Of a stretch of 64,000 bases of DNA, positions 49,522 to 59,920 are shown piece by piece. A program made the translations under genes and the position numbers. Within the stretch, counting starts at the first letter, position 1, and each line of letters starts with the position of its first letter. Source of the stretch: Candidatus Poribacteria bacterium. Lineage in GTDB: Bacteria; Poribacteria; WGA-4E; WGA-3G. Location of the stretch: NCBI GenBank assembly GCA_022823085.1, contig JAJDXV010000079.1, positions 5,943-69,942 of the forward strand. The letters run 5' to 3'. The notes under the pieces were generated by a model that was not told the origin of the DNA, did not search any database, and was given only the letters and a program-made list of their open reading frames with translations.

Positions 49522-50001
49522 ATGAACGCTGTAATAGCACCGTTTGGCGGCTTCTTAGGCGCAATGCTCGGCGGCGTACTCTGGGCAAAATATATCCAGT
49601 GGACAGGACACACCGCTGGTTTCATCGCCATCGGTATCGGTGTATTCACCGGCGTAGGGGTGCTTCTGACAAGCAGCCGTAGCCTCTCACAAGACGCAAA
49701 AACAACATGGCGGCTTGCCGGTGTCGGTGCTGCCTTTTTCGCAATATTCGGTATCTTTATCGGAAAATATCTCGATGTCCAATGGAACGCCGTCACGCAA
49801 ATCGCTGAACAACTCAGTCAGGAAAACAACATGTCCATACAACAAGCGATGCCGATCGCAAAAACACTTTTTAAAGGGCAATCTGTATGGGAATTGATGC
49901 GACAACGGATGACGCAGATTGACCTACTTTACGGAGCAGTCGCTGCCTTCATCGCTTTTCGCATTCCAAACATCCAACGATTACGAAACTTGCTATACTA
50001 A
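49522..50001 (+). CDS. small integral membrane protein, unknown
   Basis: 3-4 hydrophobic helices. Starts 2 nt after gatA. Confidence 0.5.
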   Translation: MNAVIAPFGGFLGAMLGGVLWAKYIQWTGHTAGFIAIGIGVFTGVGVLLTSSRSLSQDAKTTWRLAGVGAAFFAIFGIFIGKYLDVQWNAVTQIAEQLSQENNMSIQQAMPIAKTLFKGQSVWELMRQRMTQIDLLYGAVAAFIAFRIPNIQRLRNLLY

Positions 50002-50080
50002 TTCCGGCATCTTAAATTCTATTTTCCCGCGGCTCAATTTTCAGCCGCACATTCCAAAACAGACCGCAGGAGGGAGAAAA

Positions 50081-51532
50081 ATGAAACTGCTAACAATAAA
50101 CTCTGGATCGCACACTTTACCTAAAATCTGTTTTCACATCTTGGTATCCGTATTTCTCATCTATGCGTTTCTCCAACCTACTTGGAGCTCGGAAGAGATA
50201 ACAGAGGAATCTGACGACAAAGTGATAGAAAACATCGCGCTCTTCTCTGAAATCTTCGGGAAGGTCAAACAGTACCATCTCGATACACCCGATAGTAAAG
50301 AGGCCATAGCGGGTGCCATCAACGGTATGCTTCGCGAATTGGATCCATACAGCCAATTCATCCCAGATTATCTTGAGTTTCAGACCCAGAACCAAGGTAA
50401 ATACGCCGGACTCGGTATGACAATCGGCATTCGCGAAGATATGTTGACCGTAATTACACCCTTCAAAAATAATCCGGCGGCACTCGCAGGTGTCCTAAAT
50501 GGCGATATTATCAGCCAAATTGAAGGCGAATCCACCGCAACGATGTCCTTGAGCGATGCCGTTGACCGGCTACGCGGCGAACCCGGAACTTCGGTCTCAA
50601 TTACGATTGTTCGCGAAAACGAGAGCCGCCCTATCGAACTTACCATCACCCGCGATGTTATCCGGATCCCCAGTGTCGAACAGAATATGATCGGCGATAA
50701 GATCGGATATATCAAGATCAATCAATTCCTTCAAACAACAGCAGATGATGTCGATAACGCCCTCGAAACGTTCAATCAGCAGAATGTTCGTGGAATTATC
50801 CTTGACCTCCGATTAAATCCGGGTGGACTGCTCTCTTCAGCGGTCGATATCGCAAGCGATTTCCTGAGCCCCGGGCAACTCGTCGTCTATAGTCAAGGCA
50901 AGGGACCCGGATCCCGTGAAAACTTCAATGCGGAAGGCACGAAACGGGAACACTTTCCATTGGTCGTACTCGTCAACGGCGGCAGCGCAAGTGCTTCTGA
51001 AATCGTCGCCGGTGCCGTAAAAGACCACAAACGTGGACTCGTCATGGGTGAAAAAACATTCGGGAAGGCTTCGGTCCAACGCGTCTTCCGGCTCAGCAAC
51101 GGAAAATCTGCCGTTAAACTCACCGTCGCAAGCTACTATACACCCAGCGGCGGCGATATTGAGAAAATCGGTATCATACCCGATGTTGAAATCGAATGGT
51201 TTAGCCGTTCTGAACAGCGGATGCAACTCAAACTCCGCAACCACGAGAAACTTAAAACCTTTGTTGAAGAGAATGGCGACGACGTGCTAAACAAACTTAC
51301 CGATGCTGAACACGCCGCAAACGATGACGAACAAGCCGCAAGACTCCGACGGAACTACCAACGCTTAAGCGACGCACTCACAGAAGAGCAAATCATCCTC
51401 AGCGACCGTGGACTTAAATTCGCACTCGCACAAATCACGGAAACGACGCAGGACGAACTCGAACACGACCCGCAGATCGTCGCCGCTGTAAGCCAGTTGA
51501 AGGTTCTTGAACTCTTCGGAAACCAAAATTAA
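50081..51532 (+). CDS. ctpA: S41 C-terminal processing peptidase (PDZ)
   Basis: [13 protein letters not shown] and [11 protein letters not shown] catalytic motifs. GGAGGGAG SD before ATG 50081. Confidence 0.85.
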   Translation: MKLLTINSGSHTLPKICFHILVSVFLIYAFLQPTWSSEEITEESDDKVIENIALFSEIFGKVKQYHLDTPDSKEAIAGAINGMLRELDPYSQFIPDYLEFQTQNQGKYAGLGMTIGIREDMLTVITPFKNNPAALAGVLNGDIISQIEGESTATMSLSDAVDRLRGEPGTSVSITIVRENESRPIELTITRDVIRIPSVEQNMIGDKIGYIKINQFLQTTADDVDNALETFNQQNVRGIILDLRLNPGGLLSSAVDIASDFLSPGQLVVYSQGKGPGSRENFNAEGTKREHFPLVVLVNGGSASASEIVAGAVKDHKRGLVMGEKTFGKASVQRVFRLSNGKSAVKLTVASYYTPSGGDIEKIGIIPDVEIEWFSRSEQRMQLKLRNHEKLKTFVEENGDDVLNKLTDAEHAANDDEQAARLRRNYQRLSDALTEEQIILSDRGLKFALAQITETTQDELEHDPQIVAAVSQLKVLELFGNQN

Positions 51533-51545
51533 CGGAGGATGTCAG

Positions 51546-53021
51546 ATGCCTGAAACCACCGTACCCACGGCACAGACACCACTGCCAAACTATATTAATA
51601 ACGAATGGCAGAAATCGGACGCAAACGAACGCCTTGATGTCACGAACCCAGCGACGGGAGCGGTACTCACGCAAGTACCGCTCTCACCAGCCGAAGAGGT
51701 GCATCAAGCCGCGACTGCTGCCGCCGCAGCAGGCCACGAATGGCGACGGACACCCGCCGTCCAACGCATCCAATATCTCTTCACCTTGAAAAATCTACTT
51801 GAAGAAAATCTGGATGACATCGCCAGAACAATCACGTTGGAGTGTGGCAAAACAATTGACGAGGCGAAGGGTGAGATGCGACGCGCCATTGAAAACGTTG
51901 AAGTGGCGTGCGGCATTCCAACGCTCATGCAAGGCACAAATCTTGAGGATATCGCAACCGGTATTGATGAATTCATGATTCGTCAACCGGTCGGTGTTTG
52001 CGCCGCTATCGCACCTTTTAACTTTCCGGGGATGATTACCTTCTGGTTCCTGCCCTACGCAATCGCCTGTGGAAACACCTACATCGTCAAACCGTCCGAA
52101 AAAGTACCCATCACGATGCAAAAGGTGTTCCAACTCCTCGAACAGACCGGACTCCCGAAAGGTGTCGTTAACCTCGTCAACGGCGGACGCGAAACTGTAG
52201 ATACCATCTTGACGCACCCCGACATCCGTGCCATCAGTTTTGTCGGTGCAACCGAAACAGCGAAAGCCATCTATGCGAAAGCCGCTGCAAACGGGAAGCG
52301 CGTCCAGTGCCAAGGCGGTGCTAAGAATCCGTTGATTGTTCTCCCTGACGCCGACCCGCAGTTTACCGTTAACGCCACAGCAGAGAGCGCGTTCGGCTGT
52401 GCCGGTCAACGCTGTCTCGCTGCTTCGCTTACACTCACAGTCGGTGCCGCGCAGAACTGGTTCACGGAAGCCATCGCAGACACTGCCACCAATCGGATCG
52501 TCGGCAACGGGTTAGAAGAGGGTACCGAAATGGGGCCCGTCATCACCCCCGAAAGCAGGAAACGAATTGAAGGATTAATTCAGGCAGGCGCAGATGAAGG
52601 CGCGCAACTCCTCGTCGACGGGAGGTACCCGAGCATACCTGGCGGCGAAAACGGCAACTTCATCCGTCCGACAATCCTCAACAACCTCAACCCGCAAGGC
52701 GAAATCGCTAAAACTGAAATCTTCGGACCCGTTTTAGGACTCATCCACGTCGAAACGATTGACGATGCCATCGAACTAATCAATAGCGGCAGCTACGGCA
52801 ATATGGCGTGCCTCTTCACACGGAGTGGCGCGGCTGCACGAAAGTTCCGTTATGAAGCAGAGATCGGAAATATCGGCATTAACATCGGTGTCGCCGCACC
52901 TATGGCGTTCTTTCCATTCAGCGGATGGAAGGACAGCTTCTTCGGCGACCTCCACGGTCAGAGTTGGGATGCCGTAGACTTCTTCACCCAAAAGAAAGTC
53001 GTCGTTGAACGCTGGGCATAA
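51546..53021 (+). CDS. mmsA: CoA-acylating methylmalonate-semialdehyde dehydrogenase-like ALDH
   Basis: ALDH motifs [18 protein letters not shown], catalytic CAGQRCLA. Start ATG 51546. Confidence 0.75.
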   Translation: MPETTVPTAQTPLPNYINNEWQKSDANERLDVTNPATGAVLTQVPLSPAEEVHQAATAAAAAGHEWRRTPAVQRIQYLFTLKNLLEENLDDIARTITLECGKTIDEAKGEMRRAIENVEVACGIPTLMQGTNLEDIATGIDEFMIRQPVGVCAAIAPFNFPGMITFWFLPYAIACGNTYIVKPSEKVPITMQKVFQLLEQTGLPKGVVNLVNGGRETVDTILTHPDIRAISFVGATETAKAIYAKAAANGKRVQCQGGAKNPLIVLPDADPQFTVNATAESAFGCAGQRCLAASLTLTVGAAQNWFTEAIADTATNRIVGNGLEEGTEMGPVITPESRKRIEGLIQAGADEGAQLLVDGRYPSIPGGENGNFIRPTILNNLNPQGEIAKTEIFGPVLGLIHVETIDDAIELINSGSYGNMACLFTRSGAAARKFRYEAEIGNIGINIGVAAPMAFFPFSGWKDSFFGDLHGQSWDAVDFFTQKKVVVERWA

Positions 53022-53095
53022 ATTTTATGTTCCTTCGTTGACGAGGTTCTAATCTCATATTTATGAGACGATTTGTAACAAAAGGAGAAAGCATA

Positions 53096-53296
53096 ATGTC
53101 ACGTCTTACGAAAATTCAACAACAAATTCTCGCGCTTCCTGAAGCTGAGTACAAACAATTACGACAGTGGTTCAACGAATTAGATTGGGAAAAATGGGAC
53201 CAAGAAATCGAAGCGGATTCAGACGCAGGAAAATTGGATTTCCTAATTGCTGAGGCTCTCGAAGAAAAAGAGAAAGGAACGCTCAAGGATCTTTAG
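53096..53296 (+). CDS. small antitoxin-like protein
   Basis: AAGGAG SD. MSRLTKIQQQILALPEAEYKQLRQWF...LIAEALEEKEKGTLKDL. Confidence 0.4.
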   Translation: MSRLTKIQQQILALPEAEYKQLRQWFNELDWEKWDQEIEADSDAGKLDFLIAEALEEKEKGTLKDL

Positions 53297-53320
53297 GTGC
53301 ATAGAACAACATCCCTTGTT

Positions 53321-55213
53321 TCACCACGGATACCTATATGACGGCGCATTCACAAAACGCGCCATCCCCAATTCTAAATCAATTTCTGTATTCGGCGGCA
53401 GCTGAACACGGAAATACGTTCCATTGACCGATGTCGCTTGTCCATTTTGACTGTCTTTGACACGCACTGAACTAAAATTATGTTCCCCCATCGCACCTGC
53501 TTGCACAATAATTTCTCGCCGTTCCGTCGTGTTAAGATTAACAAGCTGCAGCTCCGTCGTGTCCGCTGTCATCCTCGTAACCAAGGCACCGACATCCGCT
53601 GGCAGTCCGGGCCGCTTTCGTTGTCCGTCAAAGTGCCGTAACCGCGTCACAAGCAACCCGCCGTTGTAGTGTGGCAACGGACCCCCGCAGGTCAGTTGCA
53701 CCAGTCCTTCACACGTGATCGGGTTACGCCTTTGAAAATACGCATCTCCATAGTTCGCCGGATCCTCTTCATCGTTCGCCATAAAATTAAGACGTGCCTC
53801 AACTTGCGAGAGGTTGTGATTGAGGATCGCTTCTGGATACTCTGGATATTCACCCCGCATATACGCAAGCCATGCACCGTCATGTCCGCCGCTATCTTTC
53901 GTATGATGCCATGCGTTAATGTCAAATTTTGAACCCGTCTTTTTCGCGATGTTCTCTGCACGTTTTTGATCCGCCGGATCCATTGACATTGCCCATAGGT
54001 GTGCAACATCCGAAGCGTGCATCGGCATGAATTCAAACCAACCGTCCACTTGCAAAGCCGTCCCATCTTCGTTTGTAATCGGATATTGCAGCCAAGTCCC
54101 AGGAACATAACTAACCTTCCCCGGATCGCCGTACTTCTGTGGCACATACAGTTGATCGTTTCTCTCAATCCCCTTCTCGATTAAAACGTCAATCTGTGAG
54201 CGAGGGAAATCAAGGTACGCCAAGTCTCGCCAGAGCAACGCCGCATTCTGCCCGGTAATACTTACCGCTTGTCCGACGCTATGCCATCCATGGGGCCAAC
54301 TCCAACCGTAATAAGAGCCGTACCACTTACCGTCTATATGTTCACCAATTTTTCCGGTAAGTCCGACGTTATCAGGGACGATACCGCCGTTCTGCTCCGT
54401 GCGTGCCATCCATGCGTCAACGTATTCCGCCACCCATTCACTATATTTACCTTTATCTGTCAGCAGATAAGCATTCGTAGCAAGTGTCGTCGCTGCAAGG
54501 TTAACGACTGAATCCCCAACACCTTGCCGATCACGGATCAGCTGCCCCATGCGGACGCGCAACGCTTCGTTCTCCCGGACGGCATCATGGCTCGTGCATC
54601 CCGGTACATCGTAGAACGGCATATTGTAGCCATCCCAGGGCCAATACGGATGTCCAGAAAAAGCCCAAAACGCCGGTCCCTGACTGCCGTTCATTGCACA
54701 CTTGATAATTTTGTGTTCCTTGTCATAATTCTGTGCCGCTGCGTCCTCGTTCATGAAGAACCCAGCAAACCGTTTTGCGCGTTCGATATGCTTCGCGTTT
54801 GACGGATCCGCCATGCAGAGCATATAAAAAAGGTAGTTCCCTTCACCTTGATGAAACCAGTCGTAACCGGGTTGATACTCCTTCACGACCATCGGATAAT
54901 CGTGCCCGGTCTCATATCGCGTCATATCGTTTGTGATAACATCAAATTCCGTATCCGCATCGACCAAAAACTGCGCCTCGCCACCGAGGATATAAAAGAG
55001 GGGCCAGTTATGAAAACTCTCATAGGCATCATCGAGTCCGTCGATACTCTGAAAATCCGGGTTTGTCGGCCAGAACAGCGTGCCATCTGGGCGTGTATAT
55101 CTCTCTAAGACCTGCGGTCCAGCCGCATTCATTTTATCAATAAGTTCGCGTTCAAGTACAGTCCACGTTGGCGGTGTCTGGAGTTGCGTCTGTGCCTCAA
55201 TCGTAGGAAACAT
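53321..55213 (-). CDS. hypothetical 630-aa protein (possibly glycoside hydrolase/lyase-like)
   Basis: Long uninterrupted ORF rich in W/Y/G. No catalytic motif recognised. Confidence 0.5.
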   Translation of the reverse strand: MFPTIEAQTQLQTPPTWTVLERELIDKMNAAGPQVLERYTRPDGTLFWPTNPDFQSIDGLDDAYESFHNWPLFYILGGEAQFLVDADTEFDVITNDMTRYETGHDYPMVVKEYQPGYDWFHQGEGNYLFYMLCMADPSNAKHIERAKRFAGFFMNEDAAAQNYDKEHKIIKCAMNGSQGPAFWAFSGHPYWPWDGYNMPFYDVPGCTSHDAVRENEALRVRMGQLIRDRQGVGDSVVNLAATTLATNAYLLTDKGKYSEWVAEYVDAWMARTEQNGGIVPDNVGLTGKIGEHIDGKWYGSYYGWSWPHGWHSVGQAVSITGQNAALLWRDLAYLDFPRSQIDVLIEKGIERNDQLYVPQKYGDPGKVSYVPGTWLQYPITNEDGTALQVDGWFEFMPMHASDVAHLWAMSMDPADQKRAENIAKKTGSKFDINAWHHTKDSGGHDGAWLAYMRGEYPEYPEAILNHNLSQVEARLNFMANDEEDPANYGDAYFQRRNPITCEGLVQLTCGGPLPHYNGGLLVTRLRHFDGQRKRPGLPADVGALVTRMTADTTELQLVNLNTTERREIIVQAGAMGEHNFSSVRVKDSQNGQATSVNGTYFRVQLPPNTEIDLELGMARFVNAPSYRYPW

Positions 55214-55436
55214 AATGCCTTTGCTCCTAATAGAAATATGAAGTCTTTGGACTGGGTTAGTCGTAGTATACCATGTTTCTGTGTATTCCTGGAACTTATG
55301 TTTTCTCCATCAGAAACAATTTGCGATTTGAGCGCGTATTATGGTATAATTGCGTGTAGATAATTATCCGGCAAACAAGATTTGGATGTACAGGTGCAAA
55401 ATGATTTGCCATATACATAGTTCCGGGAAACAGAAA

Positions 55437-55877
55437 ATGGACATCTTAGAAATGACGGATATTGAAATTTACGAACTTGGGATTAAGGAACTTACAAAAC
55501 AACTTGGACCCGCGTATACTGAAAAATTTCTCCAACAATGTAAACCGAGTGACTACGATTATACTGCCGAACGGCATAAATTGTTGGCAAATCAGCCGAG
55601 TATTGACAAGATCGTGGAGCGTATCCACCGTAGAGAAGTGGAGCGAAAAGAGGAAGAACGCATCAAAGCTGAGAGAGTTGCTGCGTGGCGCAAAGGCTTA
55701 TTAGAACTCACCGATTTTGAAATCTATGAACTCGGACTGGAGATTCTTGCGGATAAGCTTCATGCGTACGGATATGTGAGGTTCTTGCAACAACACTTTA
55801 AACATCTCAACAACAACCAACCTATTGATTCACCACAGCAATCCGTACCCGATGGTGATATTAATAGCGTTGCGTAA
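55437..55877 (+). CDS. hypothetical protein with internal duplication
   Basis: MTDIEIYELGIKELTKQLGPAYTEKFLQQ repeats as LTDFEIYELGLEILADKLHAYGYVRFLQQ. Confidence 0.5.
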   Translation: MDILEMTDIEIYELGIKELTKQLGPAYTEKFLQQCKPSDYDYTAERHKLLANQPSIDKIVERIHRREVERKEEERIKAERVAAWRKGLLELTDFEIYELGLEILADKLHAYGYVRFLQQHFKHLNNNQPIDSPQQSVPDGDINSVA

Positions 55878-55892
55878 ACTGAAAATCAGACG

Positions 55893-56099
55893 ATGAAACA
55901 AAAGAAATTTCCCCCTGGCTAAGATGAGGAACGTGTGCAAAAGGTCATTGATTATTACGAAAATCAGACGGAAGACGAAGCCATTGCCGAGGATGAAGCA
56001 GCATCGCGAAATGAATTCATCATGCTGATGGAAGTCCTTGCGGAATTAGGACCCGCCGTGTGTGAGTGGATCCTTGAGGCTTTAGTTGATAGTCAATGA
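55893..56099 (+). pseudogene. small antitoxin-like gene with premature TAA at codon 10
   Basis: MKQKKFPPG-TAA-DEERVQKVIDYYENQTEDEAIAEDEAA... The stop sits where related small proteins have Trp in PPGWDEERV (recalled from memory). Confidence 0.45.
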
Positions 56100-56173
56100 C
56101 CATGGGAACAAAATTTGTAACATCTCAAATTCGATTGACATCCTTACAGTGGACGTATTTTTTATATTGAACG

Positions 56174-56809
56174 ATGCTGTCCTTATGGCAACAAAAGGAA
56201 AATATGCAGGAACAAGATAGCACCGAGAAGTTAACACAAACTATTTCCGACATTGTAAAATTTATGGGAAAGATTAGAAACAAAGACTTTGACGAAGCGG
56301 CGACCAAGCAATTTGTGGTACTACCTATTCTCACAGCCTTAGGATGGGACTATGCAAATATAGACACATTGGAGGTTTTCCCAGAATTCCGAGTTGGAAG
56401 GGACAAAGTTGACTATGCTTTACAGAATGAAGGAAAACCACTGGTATTTGTTGAGTGTAAGCGATGGAGTATCAGCATTGAAATGGAGGAGCCTCAAGAT
56501 CAGGTAGCCCGTTATATCTTTCAAGAGGGTGTGGACCTTGGTGTTATAACCAATGGCAGAAGATGGGATTTCTACTTCGCGTATAAAACCCATGTCCCTT
56601 GGAGAAACAGAAGATTTTGTGTTATTGAACTTGATAATCCACAAAAAGCTGTTGCCGATTTTCAAAGATATTTATCCAAATCAAGGGTAGTAGATGGTAG
56701 CGCGAAAGCGGAAGCCGAAAAGATTGTTGCTGAACGCACAGGTATCCAATGGGATCCGAAACCACCTTCTCCTGAAGATAGGGAAATTCTAAGTCGAGAA
56801 GATGCATAA
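56174..56809 (+). CDS. stand-alone HsdR-N-like PD-(D/E)xK protein
   Basis: KVDYAL...LVFVECKR...QVARYI...LGVITNGRRWDFYF. Confidence 0.65.
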   Translation: MLSLWQQKENMQEQDSTEKLTQTISDIVKFMGKIRNKDFDEAATKQFVVLPILTALGWDYANIDTLEVFPEFRVGRDKVDYALQNEGKPLVFVECKRWSISIEMEEPQDQVARYIFQEGVDLGVITNGRRWDFYFAYKTHVPWRNRRFCVIELDNPQKAVADFQRYLSKSRVVDGSAKAEAEKIVAERTGIQWDPKPPSPEDREILSREDA

Positions 56810-56891
56810 CTTCTAAACTTGTGCTGATATCCTTTGGTGAGTAGGGTATTATTTTAACACTGAACACCAGTACCCGTATGGAGAAAAATGA

Positions 56892-58559
56892 ATGAACACT
56901 CAATCTGATTCCCGGAACGAGCTCAGTAGAGTCCTACAAAAAATCTGCGAAATAGCCGAAAAATCTGCCGATGGAGACTACATCTTCCGGGGTGAACCTA
57001 AACACTATCCGAAAGTCTCCTCAGACCTCTATCGCGAATACCAGTACGATATTGAGGTGGACAACTTTGAAATAGAGGTTGTTCAAAAAGAGATTCTGGA
57101 TGAGGCAAAAAAGCACCTCAATAAAACAGACGAGTTTGAAATCCTCATTGAACTTCTCCACTACGGTGGTAAAACCAATCTCATTGACTTTACGACCAAC
57201 TTACATATCGCGCTTTTCTTCGCCTGCGACGGTTCACCCAATGAAGATGGTAGGATTATCTTGCAAAAAAGAGAGTCTGTAGCAGGTTACCTCGAACAAC
57301 CGCGCAAACCAAAAAATCGAATTATCGCCCAAAAAAGCATATTCGTTCGACCTCCCAAGGGTTTTATTATTCCGGACGAGGTAATTACTATCCCGGCGGA
57401 TCTCAAATTGCCTATGCTAGAATATTTACGAAAGTCCCACGATATCTCTACCGAGACTATCTACAACGACTTCCATGGGTTCATGACAAACCGAAGCATC
57501 CATGAGGGTGCCTACACACAGTTTCATAAAGGACGTGCCTCTCAAAAGAGAGGCGATGCAACACAGAACTGGAACGAAAAACTGGTATGGTATGAAAGAG
57601 CCGTTGTGCATTATACCGAGGCATTGGAACTGAAACCGGATTTTGCCGAAAGCTATAACAATCGGGGTTGTGTTTACTCCGATGCTGGCGATTTTGACAG
57701 AGCCATCAAAGACCATAACACCGCGATAGAACTGAAACCAGATTTTGCCGAAGCATATAACAACCGCGGTATTGCTTACTATAACAAAGGCGATTTTACC
57801 AAAGCTATCCAAGATTACCGCAAGGTGATAGAGTTGAAGCCTGATTATGTCTCGGCGTATAATAATCTCGGTATTGCTTATAGTAGACAGGACGAGTATG
57901 ATCGTGCCATTCAGTGCTATAACAAGGTAATAAAACTGAGACCGGATTTTGCCGAAGCGTATAGCAATCGTGGTGTTGCTTATGAGAAAAAAGGCAAATA
58001 TGACAAGGCTATTGAAAATCATAACAGAGCAATCGAACTCAAACCGGATCTTGCTGAGGCATATTACAATCTGGGTATAGTCTATAGAGAAATGGGCGAC
58101 CAGGATCAAGAATTTCAAAACTATACTATAGCAATCGAACTTAAACCAGACTTTACCATGGCGTTTGGCAATCGCGGAATTATTTACGCTTTGAGAGGTG
58201 ACGATGATAAGGCAATAGAAGATTATACTACGGCGATCACCCTGGATCAAAATGATGCTAACGTATACTTTAATCGAGGAATTTCCTACGGTGCTAAGGA
58301 TGATTATAGAAAGGCAATAGAAGACTATAGTTATGCAATTAAGCTTAAACCCGATTATGCTGAGGCATATTGCAACCGTGGCGAGGCATGGTTACACTTA
58401 AAAAAATGGAAAAAAGCCAGAGCAGACTTAACTTTTGCGAGGGACAACGGAGTAGATATTATTGCTGCATTTCATAAGGACTACGAAAGTATTGAAGATT
58501 TTGAGCAGAAGAATGATGTTCAATTGCCAGAAGACATCAAAACAATGTTGACCCAGTAG
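56892..58559 (+). CDS. FRG-domain protein fused to ~9 TPR repeats
   Basis: YIFRGEPKHY, LLHYGGKTNLIDFTTNLHIALFFAC, GRIILQ, RIIAQKSIFV (FRG, PF08867-like), followed by IELKPDFAEAYNNRG-type TPRs. Confidence 0.8.
   Translation: MNTQSDSRNELSRVLQKICEIAEKSADGDYIFRGEPKHYPKVSSDLYREYQYDIEVDNFEIEVVQKEILDEAKKHLNKTDEFEILIELLHYGGKTNLIDFTTNLHIALFFACDGSPNEDGRIILQKRESVAGYLEQPRKPKNRIIAQKSIFVRPPKGFIIPDEVITIPADLKLPMLEYLRKSHDISTETIYNDFHGFMTNRSIHEGAYTQFHKGRASQKRGDATQNWNEKLVWYERAVVHYTEALELKPDFAESYNNRGCVYSDAGDFDRAIKDHNTAIELKPDFAEAYNNRGIAYYNKGDFTKAIQDYRKVIELKPDYVSAYNNLGIAYSRQDEYDRAIQCYNKVIKLRPDFAEAYSNRGVAYEKKGKYDKAIENHNRAIELKPDLAEAYYNLGIVYREMGDQDQEFQNYTIAIELKPDFTMAFGNRGIIYALRGDDDKAIEDYTTAITLDQNDANVYFNRGISYGAKDDYRKAIEDYSYAIKLKPDYAEAYCNRGEAWLHLKKWKKARADLTFARDNGVDIIAAFHKDYESIEDFEQKNDVQLPEDIKTMLTQ
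57590..58420 (+). repeat. 102-nt periodic coding repeat (TPR array)
   Basis: GAACTGAAACC(G/A)GATTTTGCCGAAGC recurs at 57627 and 57729. Diverged copies occur at 57831, 57933, 58035, 58137, 58239 and 58341. Confidence 0.85.
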
Positions 58560-58606
58560 TAACTCTGAAACCTAAATCTACCGTTTCTGACACGGAGTTT
58601 GATGAA

Positions 58607-59235
58607 GTGATAACGTATAAACCTAATGATACTGAGTCGTATTACAATCGTGGCATGGCTTACTACGAAAAACGTGAGTATGATAAATCCATTGCTAACT
58701 TTAGCGAAGTCATAAAGCGCGAACCCAATCATGCCGATGCCTATTACAAGCGCGGCAATGCTTATGATGATAAAGTTAATTTTGACGAGGCCATCGCAAA
58801 CTATACCAAAGCGATAGAACTCAAGCCAGATTATGCCGAAGTCTATTACAAGCGTGGTAGAATTTACGCCGAGTACAATGCGTATGACAAAGCCATCGCA
58901 GACTTTAGCATGACAACAAAAATTGAGCCTACACATGCCGATGGACATGGCTATCGTGCTGACCTTTACCGTGAAAAAGGCGAATATGATAAGCTATCGC
59001 CAGCTATAGTATGGAGATAAAACTCAGACCCAATTATGCCGAAGTCTATTACGATCGCGGTGCCGTTTACGCGAAAAAAGGAGAGTATGACAAAGCTATT
59101 GCAGACTTTTCCAAAGCGATCAAACTAATTCCAACCTTCACAGACGCTTACTTTGAACGTGCTATAGTTTACTTGAGAATGGACAAATTGGAGTCCTCAA
59201 TTCAAGATTTTGATAAGATTTCAGAGTTGAAATGA
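58607..59235 (+). pseudogene. TPR gene debris split by a -1 frameshift
   Basis: ORFs 58607..59020 and 59011..59235 are both TPR. ...GAT AAG|CTA TCG CC at ~58993 lacks one nt relative to the recurring GAT AAG GCT ATC GC (DKAIA). Confidence 0.6.
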
Positions 59236-59299
59236 GGATATGATTATCTACACTTCATGAGGTTATTTGTGGTTAAATCTTTTTCTAAGGAAAAAAAAT

Positions 59300-59920
59300 A
59301 TGAGTAATGAAGCTGAAGAAAGGCTTAATCAGTTTAAAGAAGATTTAAATCAATATACATCAATTCAGATCGTGAGAAAACACATTATTGCTGGGGATTG
59401 TTTCATTTTATCACAGGATAAATATTTTAATTTACGTTCAGAGGTTGCCGATCACTTCGGACTACATCCAAATGAAGTTTTCGTGGTTGGTTCAGCAAAA
59501 CTTGGTTTTAGTGTTGCGCCTAAAAAACGGTTTCGTCCTTTTAGAAGAAATAAATCAGATATTGATGTTGCCTTAGTATCTTCAAAATTATTTGATCAAG
59601 TTAACGAAGATATTTATAATTATAAACAAGAAGCAGGAGATTGGCCTAAATATGGTGAGTTTGCGGATCATCTCTTTCAAGGGTGGATAAGACCAGATAA
59701 GTTCCCTCGATCTCCAGTATTTCAATTTGGTAAGAAGTGGTGGGATTTTTTCCTCGGATTAACAGGTAATGAAAAATATGGTGATTACAAGATTCGCGGG
59801 GCATTATATAAATCTTATTTCTTTATTGAGAACTATCAAAAAGACTGTGTTCAGCAATGTAAAGATTACATACAAATGAGTAATTTGGAGGCACACAATG
59901 AAAACAACGGCAACAAATAA
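59300..59920 (+). CDS. minimal Pol-beta-fold nucleotidyltransferase, unknown family
   Basis: AAGGA SD + ATG 59300. VFVVGSAKLGFS...(13 aa)...SDIDVALV (GS...DxD). AT-rich block. Confidence 0.65.
   Translation: MSNEAEERLNQFKEDLNQYTSIQIVRKHIIAGDCFILSQDKYFNLRSEVADHFGLHPNEVFVVGSAKLGFSVAPKKRFRPFRRNKSDIDVALVSSKLFDQVNEDIYNYKQEAGDWPKYGEFADHLFQGWIRPDKFPRSPVFQFGKKWWDFFLGLTGNEKYGDYKIRGALYKSYFFIENYQKDCVQQCKDYIQMSNLEAHNENNGNK

Noticed and set aside
49919-50080. 5' extension of the S41 protease ORF overlapping the upstream membrane-protein gene.
   Set aside because: ATG 50081 has a GGAGGGAG SD and is followed by a signal/anchor sequence (MKLLTINSG...[16 protein letters not shown]).
57590-58420. Regularly spaced repeats that might suggest a CRISPR array.
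   Set aside because: The period is 102 nt and has no unique spacers. The whole region is one open reading frame encoding 34-aa TPR units.
57426-58948. Long antisense ORFs (57426..58250, 274 aa; 58520..58948, 142 aa) opposite the TPR arrays.
   Set aside because: Their sequences are low-complexity (I/V/F-rich) mirror images of the 102-nt periodic TPR coding repeat. The plus-strand frame has clear FRG and TPR motifs.
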